Shown here: positions 53,901 through 64,000 of the stretch, in pieces
Layout of the letters: each line of letters opens with the position of its first letter
Position numbering within the stretch: position 1 is the first letter of the stretch
Origin: Escherichia phage vB-Eco-KMB42
Reading direction: 5' to 3' (one strand)
Sequence record: OR539221.1
DNA length: 64,000 nt
Program-made: the position numbers and the translations under genes
The notes under the pieces: model-generated
Databases searched by the model: none
What the model was told of the DNA's origin: nothing
The model's input: the letters and a program-made list of their open reading frames with translations, nothing else

Positions 53901-54801
53901 TGATGAAACATCTAGTCATTTTTATTCTCAGCGCAATAAAGCCGGAAATATAACATTTAATATCAACGGTACAGTAACACCGATAAATGTTAATGCTTCA
54001 GGAACATTGAATGCAAATGGCGTAGCAACATTTGGTAATTCAGTCACTGCAACTGGTGAAATTATTTCTCGAAGCGCAAATGCTTTCCGTGCTATTAACG
54101 GAAATTATGGTTTCATTGTTCGCAATGATGGATCAGTAACGAATTTTATGCTTACTGCATCGGGTGATCAGACTGGTGGATTTAACGGATTACGTCCTTT
54201 GGCTATTAATAATGCATCTGGTCAAGTAACGATTGGTGAAAGCTTAATCATCGCCAAAGGTGCTACTATAAATTCTGGTGGTTTAACTGTTAATTCGAGA
54301 ATTCGTTCTCAAGGTACTAAAACTTCTGATTTATATACCCGTGCGCCAACATCTGATACTGTAGGATTCTGGTCAATTGATATTAATGATTCAGCTACTT
54401 ATAACCAGTTCCCCGGTTATTTTAAAATGGTTGAAAAAACTAATGAAGTGACTGGACTTCCGTACTTAGAACGTGGCGAAGAAGTTAAATCTCCTGGTAC
54501 ACTGACACAGTTTGGTAACACACTTGATTCGCTTTACCAAGATTGGATTACTTATCCAACGACACCAGAAGCGCGTACCACTCGCTGGACACGTACATGG
54601 CAGAAAACCAAAAATTCTTGGTCAAGTTTTGTTCAGGTATTTGATGGAGGTAACCCTCCTCAACCGTCTGATATCGGTGCTTTACCATCTGATAATGCTA
54701 CAATGGGGAATCTTACTATTCGTGATTTCTTACGAATTGGTAATGTTCGCATTATTCCTGACCCAGTGAATAAAACTGTTAAATTTGAATGGGTTGAATA
54801 A
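50932..54801 (+). CDS. 34: Long tail fibre proximal subunit gp34
   Basis: 1289 aa as T4 gp34; N-terminus MAEIKRKFRAEDGLDAGGDKIINVALADRT; internal repeated ATQ/TPK motifs. Confidence 0.95.
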   Translation: MAEIKRKFRAEDGLDAGGDKIINVALADRTVGTDGVNVDYLIQENTVQQYDPTRGYLKDFVIIYDNRFWAAINDIPKPAGAFNSVRWRALRTDANWTTVSSGPYQLKSGESISVNTAAGNDITFTLPSSPIDGDTIVLQDIGGKPGVNQVLITAPVQSIVNFRGQQVRSVLMTHPKSQIVLIFSNRLWQMYVADYSREAAVVTPASLYQAQSNDFIVRRFTSASAINIKLPRFANHGDIINFVDLDKLNPLYHTIVTTYDETTSVQEVGTHSIEGRTSIDGFLMFDDNEKLWRLFDGDSKARLRIITTNSNIRPNEEVMVFGANNGTTQTIELQLPTDISIGDTVKISMNYMRKGQTVKIKAAGEDKIASSVQLLQFPKRSEYPPETKWVTVQELVFNGETNYVPVLQLAYIEDSDGKYWVVQQNVPTVERVDSLNNSTRARLGVIALATQAQANADLENSPQKELAITPETLANRTATETRRGIARIATTAQVNQDTTFSFADDLIITPKKLNERTATETRRGVAEIATQQETNAGTDDTTIITPKKLQARQGSESLSGIVTFVSTAGATPASSRELNGTNVYNKNTNNLVVSPKALDQYKATPTQQGAVILAVESEVIAGQSQEGWANAVVTPETLHKKTSTDGRIGLIEIATQSEVNTGTDYTRAVTPKTLNDRRATESLSGIAEIATQVEFDAGVDDTRISTPLKIKTRFNSTDRTSVVALSGLVESGTLWDHYTLNILEANETQRGTLRVATQVEAAAGKLDNVLITPKKLLGTKSTEAQEGVIKVATQSETVTGTSANTAVSPKNLKWIVQSEPTWAATTAVRGFVKTSSGSITFVGNDTVGSTQDLELYEKNSYAVSPYELNRVLANYLPLKAKAADSNLLDGLDSSQFIRRDIAQTVNGSLTLTQQTNLSAPLVSSSTATFGGSVTANSVLTISNTGTATRLIFEKGPQTGTNPAQTMTVRVWGNQFSGELDTTRSTVFEVSDETSSHFYSQRNKAGNITFNINGTVTPINVNASGTLNANGVATFGNSVTATGEIISRSANAFRAINGNYGFIVRNDGSVTNFMLTASGDQTGGFNGLRPLAINNASGQVTIGESLIIAKGATINSGGLTVNSRIRSQGTKTSDLYTRAPTSDTVGFWSIDINDSATYNQFPGYFKMVEKTNEVTGLPYLERGEEVKSPGTLTQFGNTLDSLYQDWITYPTTPEARTTRWTRTWQKTKNSWSSFVQVFDGGNPPQPSDIGALPSDNATMGNLTIRDFLRIGNVRIIPDPVNKTVKFEWVE

Positions 54802-54809
54802 GAGGTATT

Positions 54810-55925
54810 ATGGAAAAATTTATGGCAGAGTTTGGACAAGGATATGTCCAAACGCCATTTTTATCGGAAAGCAATTCAGTAAGATATAAAATAAGTATAG
54901 CGGGTTCTTGCCCGCTTTCTACCGCAGGACCATACGTTAAATTTCAAGATAATCCTGTAGGAAGTCAAACATTTAGTGCAGGTCTTCATTTAAGAGTTTT
55001 TGACCCTTCCACGGGAGCATTGGTTGATAGTAAGTCATATGTTTTTTCGACTTCAAATGATACTACATCAGCTGCTTTTGTTAGTTTCATGAATTCTTTT
55101 TCAAACAACAGACTTGTTGCTATATTAACCAGTGGAAAGGTTAATTTTCCTCCTGAAGTAGTATCTTGGTTAAGAACAGCAGGAACATCTGCTTTTCCAT
55201 CTGATTCTTTATTGTCAAGATTTGATGTATCATATGCTGCCTTTTACACTTCTTCTAAAAGAGCTATCGCACTAGAGCATGTTAAACTGAGTAACAGAAA
55301 AAGCACAGATGACTATCAAACTATATTAGATGTAGTATTTGACAGTTTAGAAGATGTTGGAGCGACAGGATTTCCTAAAAGAACATATGAAAGCGTTGAG
55401 CAATTTATGTCAGCTGTTGGTGGAACTAATAACGAAATTGCACGTCTACCTACAGCATCTGCAATAAGTAAACTCTCTGACTATAATTTAATTCCTGGAG
55501 ATGTTCTTTATCTTAAAGCACAACTATATGCTGATGCTGATTTACTTGCTCTTGGAACTACAAATATATCTATCCGTTTTTATAATGCGTCGAATGGATA
55601 TATTTCCTCGACACAAGCTGAGTTTACTGGACAAGCTGGGTCTTGGGAATTAAAAGAAGATTATGTAGTTGTTCCTGAAAATGCAGTAGGATTTACGATA
55701 TACGCACAGAGAACTGCACAAGCGGGTCAAGGCGGTATGAGAAATTTAAGCTTTTCTGAAGTGTCAAGAAATGGCGGCATTTCAAAACCTGCTGAGTTTG
55801 GCGTCAATGGTATTCGAGTTAATTATATCTGCGAATCTGCTTCACCTCCAGATATAATGGTACTTCCTACGCAAGCATCGTCTAAAACTGGTAAAGTGTT
55901 TGGGCAAGAATTTAGAGAAGTTTAA
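54810..55925 (+). CDS. 35: Long tail fibre hinge protein gp35
   Basis: 371 aa; gene order 34-35-36-37. Confidence 0.85.
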   Translation: MEKFMAEFGQGYVQTPFLSESNSVRYKISIAGSCPLSTAGPYVKFQDNPVGSQTFSAGLHLRVFDPSTGALVDSKSYVFSTSNDTTSAAFVSFMNSFSNNRLVAILTSGKVNFPPEVVSWLRTAGTSAFPSDSLLSRFDVSYAAFYTSSKRAIALEHVKLSNRKSTDDYQTILDVVFDSLEDVGATGFPKRTYESVEQFMSAVGGTNNEIARLPTASAISKLSDYNLIPGDVLYLKAQLYADADLLALGTTNISIRFYNASNGYISSTQAEFTGQAGSWELKEDYVVVPENAVGFTIYAQRTAQAGQGGMRNLSFSEVSRNGGISKPAEFGVNGIRVNYICESASPPDIMVLPTQASSKTGKVFGQEFREV

Positions 55926-55930
55926 ATTGA

Positions 55931-55955
55931 GGGAGCCTTCGGGCTCCCTTTTTCT
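55931..55955 (+). terminator. Rho-independent terminator after gene 35
   Basis: GGGAGCC-UUCG-GGCUCCC hairpin followed by UUUUUCUUU. Confidence 0.65.
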
Positions 55956-55956
55956 T

Positions 55957-55964
55957 TATAAATA
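55957..55964 (+). promoter_or_regulatory. Late promoter (TATAAATA) for gene 36
   Basis: Exact TATAAATA ~24 nt upstream of gene 36 ATG. Confidence 0.6.
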
Positions 55965-55987
55965 CTATTAAAATAAAGGGGCATACA

Positions 55988-56644
55988 ATGGCTGATTTAA
56001 AAGTAGGTTCAACAACTGGAGGCTCTGTCATTTGGCATCAAGGAAATTTTCCATTGAATCCAGCCGGTGACGATGTACTCTATAAATCATTTAAAATATA
56101 TTCAGAATATAATAAACCACAAGCTGCTGATAACGATTTCGTTTCTAAAGCTAATGGTGGTACATATTTAAATAAAGTAATTTTTAATAAAGGAATGACT
56201 GTTCCTGGTGCTGGGTCAGGTGACAACGGTATTTTTGCCGGTCCTGGTGATAATGCCACATATGATACTACAAATATGGATATTGTTTCATGGTATGGTA
56301 TCGGCTTTAAATCATCACAAGGGGCAGCAGGTAGAACTGTAGTAATTAACACACGAAACGGAGATATTAGCTCAAAGGGTGTAATTGAAGCATCACAAAT
56401 ACGCGCAACTTCGTTATCACCAGTAAATAATTATGACCTTACGAGAAAAGATTATGTTGATGGAGCAATAAATATTGTTACAACAAATGCAAACTCTAGA
56501 GTATTACGCTCTGGAGACACTATGACAGGAAATTTAACTGCGCCAAACCTTTTTTCACAGAATCCTGCATCTCAACCCTCGCATGTTCCGCGATTTGACC
56601 AAATCGTAATTAAGGATTCTGTTCAAGATTTCGGCTATTATTAA
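55988..56644 (+). CDS. 36: Long tail fibre distal connector gp36
   Basis: 218 aa; gene order. Confidence 0.85.
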   Translation: MADLKVGSTTGGSVIWHQGNFPLNPAGDDVLYKSFKIYSEYNKPQAADNDFVSKANGGTYLNKVIFNKGMTVPGAGSGDNGIFAGPGDNATYDTTNMDIVSWYGIGFKSSQGAAGRTVVINTRNGDISSKGVIEASQIRATSLSPVNNYDLTRKDYVDGAINIVTTNANSRVLRSGDTMTGNLTAPNLFSQNPASQPSHVPRFDQIVIKDSVQDFGYY

Positions 56645-56652
56645 GAGGACTT

Positions 56653-60790
<4,138 letters not shown>

Positions 60791-60822
60791 TTTTTGAATA
60801 AATATCCTTAAAAGGAGGGTCT

Positions 60823-61479
60823 ATGGCAGCACCTAGAATATCATTTTCGCCCTCTGATATTCTATTTGGTGTTCTAGATCGCTTGTTCAAAGATAACGCT
60901 ACCGGGAAAGTTCTTGCTTCCCGGGTAGCTGTCGTAATTCTTTTGTTTATGATGGCGATTGTTTGGTATAGGGGAGATAGTTTCTTTGAGTACTATAAGC
61001 AATCAAAGTATGAAACATACAGTGAAATTATTGAAAAGGAAAGAAATGCACGCTTTGAATCTGTCGCCCTGGAACAACTCCAGATAGTTCACATATCATC
61101 TGAGGCAGACTTTAGTGCGGTGTATTCTTTCCGCCCTAAAAACTTAAACTATTTTGTCGATATTATAGCATATGAAGGAAAATTACCTTCAACAATAAGT
61201 GAAAAATCACTTGGAGGATATCCTGTTGATAAAACTATGGATGAATATGCAGTTCATTTAAATGGACGTCATTATTATTCCAACTCAAAATTTGCTTTTT
61301 TACCAACTAAAAAGCCTACTCCCGAAATAAACTACATGTACAGTTGTCCATATTTTAATTTGGATAATATCTATGCTGGAACGATAACCATGTACTGGTA
61401 TAGAAATGATCATATAAGTAATGACCGCCTTGAATCAATATGCGCCCAGGCGGCCAGAATATTAGGAAGGGCTAAATAA
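60823..61479 (+). CDS. t: Holin T
   Basis: 218 aa as T4 holin; N-terminal TM segment VAVVILLFMMAIVWY and large periplasmic domain. Confidence 0.9.
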   Translation: MAAPRISFSPSDILFGVLDRLFKDNATGKVLASRVAVVILLFMMAIVWYRGDSFFEYYKQSKYETYSEIIEKERNARFESVALEQLQIVHISSEADFSAVYSFRPKNLNYFVDIIAYEGKLPSTISEKSLGGYPVDKTMDEYAVHLNGRHYYSNSKFAFLPTKKPTPEINYMYSCPYFNLDNIYAGTITMYWYRNDHISNDRLESICAQAARILGRAK

Positions 61480-61752
61480 TTATTTGTTCGTATACATCTC
61501 TAGATATCGATATACACCCTCAAAACCCTCGTTGAATTCGTCGATGAGGGTTTTCTTATCTTCTTGGGTTAATTCAGAAACAATTTTACGGAATGAATTC
61601 TGATTTAACTTTCTACCTTCATGCGTTACTCCAATCTCATTCAGAAATGCAATAAAATTAGCACGATTCTCAACAATATCTTCTCTGGAAAATTTAATCA
61701 AAATAGATGCAACAGTAATAATTTCACGAACTGTATCAATGTTTTTATTCAT
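61480..61752 (-). CDS. asiA: Anti-sigma-70 factor AsiA
   Basis: 90 aa; N-terminus MNKNIDTVREIITVASILIKFSREDIVENRANFIAFLNEIG as remembered for T4 AsiA. Confidence 0.9.
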   Translation of the reverse strand: MNKNIDTVREIITVASILIKFSREDIVENRANFIAFLNEIGVTHEGRKLNQNSFRKIVSELTQEDKKTLIDEFNEGFEGVYRYLEMYTNK

Positions 61753-61764
61753 TAACTATACCAC

Positions 61765-61917
61765 TCAATTAGTTGACTTTATTATAATATCATCAGACGC
61801 TTGATTTGTAAACTGGTCTGTGTTATTTTCTTCAAAAATTTTTTCTACGAATTCCTTGAACGACTCACGTTCCTGAGCTACATTATGCTCGATTACCTTT
61901 TCAAGATTATGACTCAT
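61765..61917 (-). CDS. Possible small ORF (50 aa) between arn and asiA
   Basis: Hand-translated MSHNLEKVIEHNVAQERESFKEFVEKIFEENNTDQFTNQASDDIIIKSTN; ATGA overlap with arn stop; below ORF-track cutoff; no good RBS. Confidence 0.35.
   Translation of the reverse strand: MSHNLEKVIEHNVAQERESFKEFVEKIFEENNTDQFTNQASDDIIIKSTN
61784..61813 (-). promoter_or_regulatory. Early promoter for asiA
   Basis: Minus strand GTTTAC - 18 nt - TATTAT ~30 nt upstream of asiA ATG. Confidence 0.5.
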
Positions 61918-62192
61918 TCGAAATAATCTTCAATTTCGTAATCATGGACATAAATCATTATAGTTTTTAATACATCATCAATACTTTTTCCTGGAGCTGG
62001 AATTACGTAGAAATATCCTGCTTTTGAGAGGTCTTTATAAGTTCCAATCAAGAAATCATTATTCTCAAGATGCAGTTCTTCAACTAATTCATTAACAATT
62101 GAATGGTATAAATTTGGTAGAAACTTATATAGCTTTTCTAGAATATCAATTTTGATTGTGTATTGAACCACAGACTGAGAATCAATAATCAT
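61914..62192 (-). CDS. arn: Arn (anti-restriction nuclease, inhibitor of McrBC)
   Basis: 92 aa as T4 Arn; position upstream of asiA. Confidence 0.75.
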   Translation of the reverse strand: MIIDSQSVVQYTIKIDILEKLYKFLPNLYHSIVNELVEELHLENNDFLIGTYKDLSKAGYFYVIPAPGKSIDDVLKTIMIYVHDYEIEDYFE

Positions 62193-62275
62193 AGACCTTC
62201 CCCTTATGTTTCTGTTTGCGATTAGATTCTTTAAACGCTTTCTTCTTATCCTTATGAACAGAAGCTTTATTAAAA

Positions 62276-62494
62276 TTATGCTTTGCGACTAAATTGTTCA
62301 TAGTGCTGAATTACCTCTCTTAAACATTTGCATGTGAATGAAAACTTTTTAGCTACACCACATTCAAATATATGTTCTCTTAAATCACGTGTATCAGTAT
62401 ATCCCATCTCAACAATAAAATGCCGTATTAGATTTTTATCTTTATCATTGAGAGAATTAAAATAATCGGATTTTGAATTAATTTCCCTGGCCAA
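62276..62494 (-). CDS. Hypothetical small protein with Cys pairs (arn.x-like)
   Basis: 72-aa ORF. Confidence 0.5.
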   Translation of the reverse strand: MAREINSKSDYFNSLNDKDKNLIRHFIVEMGYTDTRDLREHIFECGVAKKFSFTCKCLREVIQHYEQFSRKA

Positions 62495-62774
62495 ATTGAA
62501 TCACCTTCAGTTGACGTTTTAGCTCTTTTATCATCTCTTCATTCATCGCAATATAAAGATCACGTAAAGCAGGTTTTAACATTCCATTTACTGGAGAACT
62601 AAATGGACATACATAATCTTTTCCTACGAGCTTTTTAGTTAATTCCATGTCACAGAACTGAAATGCCGGTTCATTGGCATAAATTCCCCAATTGGTTGAC
62701 ATCATTTTATTGGCATATTCCAATGCCTGGATTTGATTCATAATTCCATCAATTTGAAACTTTTTAATATTCAT
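62478..62774 (-). CDS. Hypothetical protein (arn.x-like)
   Basis: 98-aa ORF. Confidence 0.5.
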   Translation of the reverse strand: MNIKKFQIDGIMNQIQALEYANKMMSTNWGIYANEPAFQFCDMELTKKLVGKDYVCPFSSPVNGMLKPALRDLYIAMNEEMIKELKRQLKVIQFGQGN

Positions 62775-63235
62775 TAGTAAAGGTCCTCAGAGTAAAGTTC
62801 TTTTTCACTACCGCCGCGTTCAATACGTACTTGTCCAGCGTAAGTTGCAATAATCATTGCTTCTTCACGTGTCCAATAATTACTGTATTGGTCAATAAAC
62901 CCTTGGTCATCATCACAAACTTGTTGAGTAACTAATTGAGGTTTAACTACATCTAAAACTTCTGCCATATCTTTAGAATAATGACGAGCACCTGGAATAA
63001 TAAGAGTTCGTCCATCTTTTAATTTAAAACGATTAGCTGCGCAGACAATTCGTCGTTGATACTTTTGGTTTTCATCCCAGTATGCAGACTGCCAGCAAAT
63101 TTCAGGAACTTCTTTTAGAATATCTTCTTCTGTGCATTTATAACCATGTGCTTTAAATTTTTCAACAAGACTTTCTGGAGTTTCACGAGATAAAGGAACA
63201 TTCAGCATTTTTAAACGATTAATAAATGGGTTCAT
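62774..63235 (-). CDS. Hypothetical protein (arn.x-like)
   Basis: 153-aa ORF with GAGG RBS. Confidence 0.5.
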   Translation of the reverse strand: MNPFINRLKMLNVPLSRETPESLVEKFKAHGYKCTEEDILKEVPEICWQSAYWDENQKYQRRIVCAANRFKLKDGRTLIIPGARHYSKDMAEVLDVVKPQLVTQQVCDDDQGFIDQYSNYWTREEAMIIATYAGQVRIERGGSEKELYSEDLY

Positions 63236-63561
63236 TTAAACCATCCTTTAATACGTTTCCACAAAGTTTTCTGCTGAGCTTTGTTAACACCAATTGAACG
63301 AATAACCGGTTGAGATTCCTGGAATTCTTTATAATCGGCAAGGTAAATTTCGTAAGCTGCATCAGTAAATGAACTTATCGCTGCCATAAAATTATTGCGA
63401 ATACCTACTGGAGCATCTTTACTTTCACGAATAATCATGTATTTACCAGTCTTAATCTTTACGATAGTTCCAAGATAAGCTCCATGATACCAGATGTCCC
63501 AACCCTCTTGAGTAGGTTCTGCACAACGACGAAGTTCATTAACAATTTCTAACTTGTTCAT
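63232..63561 (-). CDS. Hypothetical protein (arn.x-like)
   Basis: 109-aa ORF. Confidence 0.5.
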   Translation of the reverse strand: MNKLEIVNELRRCAEPTQEGWDIWYHGAYLGTIVKIKTGKYMIIRESKDAPVGIRNNFMAAISSFTDAAYEIYLADYKEFQESQPVIRSIGVNKAQQKTLWKRIKGWFK

Positions 63562-63571
63562 TATTTATTCC

Positions 63572-64000
63572 TCACAGTTCAGATGCTACAGCGATTACAG
63601 CTTCAATGTTTTCTGCCGAGCGTTTAATGTCAAGATACACATTACCGTTTTTAGCGATTTTACATGACATTCCGATATCAGTAAATTTCTGAATATGATG
63701 TTCCATCATTTTGTATCCAAAAATTCGCATATTTCCATTGTTGTTAATTTCAAAATTGCGAATTCCGTGAGTGCGTTTTTCTAAAATAGCGAGATAGTTA
63801 CTGCGATAAGTTTCAACCTTTTTAAGAACAAATCCATTTTCATCTAAAAGTTTTAACATGAGGTCTTTATCTTCTTCCATATCAGAAGTAATCTCACGAG
63901 CTTTACGAGTTGCTCGTTTTTTCAGTAGTTCCGGAGCATTTTCTTGCGCGTATAAAGTTGCTGCATTTGAAATAATATCCTGAGCTTCACCAGTAATGAT
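63572..64000 (-). CDS. motA: Middle transcription activator MotA, N-terminus beyond window edge
   Basis: Frame open to window end; hand translation of 63881-64000 gives IITGEAQDIISNAATLYAQENAPELLKKRATRKAREITSD continuing into MEEDKDLMLKLLD..., matching remembered T4 MotA. Confidence 0.85.
   Translation of the reverse strand: MITGEAQDIISNAATLYAQENAPELLKKRATRKAREITSDMEEDKDLMLKLLDENGFVLKKVETYRSNYLAILEKRTHGIRNFEINNNGNMRIFGYKMMEHHIQKFTDIGMSCKIAKNGNVYLDIKRSAENIEAVIAVASEL

Overview
This window is a contiguous ~64 kb segment of a T-even (T4-like, Tequatrovirus-type) myophage genome, running from the 3' part of tail sheath gene 18 to the 3' part of motA. Identification rests on reading the translated ORFs against remembered T4 protein sequences and lengths; no database search was run. 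Plus-strand blocks are late structural genes: 18-19-20-67-68-21-22-23-24 (tail sheath, tube, portal, prohead core, protease, scaffold, major capsid, vertex), 51-27-28-29-48-54 (baseplate hub), 34-35-36-37-38 (long tail fibre and adhesin) and holin t, plus uvsW. Minus-strand blocks are mostly early/middle genes: rnlB, hoc, inh, uvsY, 25-26, two tandem Alt-type ADP-ribosyltransferases, DNA ligase 30, rIII, 31, cd, pseT, a spanin pair, alc, rnlA, denA, nrdB, nrdA, td, frd, 32, 59, 33, dsbA, rnh, asiA, arn, motA and many small ORFs. Regulatory signals are readable directly: TATAAATA late promoters, GTTTAC-N18-TAnnnT early promoters, MotA-box middle promoters, and a family of GC-stem UUCG/GAAA tetraloop hairpins. 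It is not canonical T4: td and nrdB are uninterrupted, there is no room for mobE, segE or segG, gp38 is a T2-type glycine-rich adhesin, Hoc carries an extra Ig-like domain, and an ORF sits between frd and td. I found no clearly unprecedented system. The most notable items are the tandem Alt paralogs with a nearby NADAR-like and HAD-like gene pair, a perfect 55-bp tandem duplication that frameshifts the HAD-like gene, the Hoc domain duplication, the mosaic adhesin and the frd/td insertion. No tRNA, CRISPR array or transposon was found.
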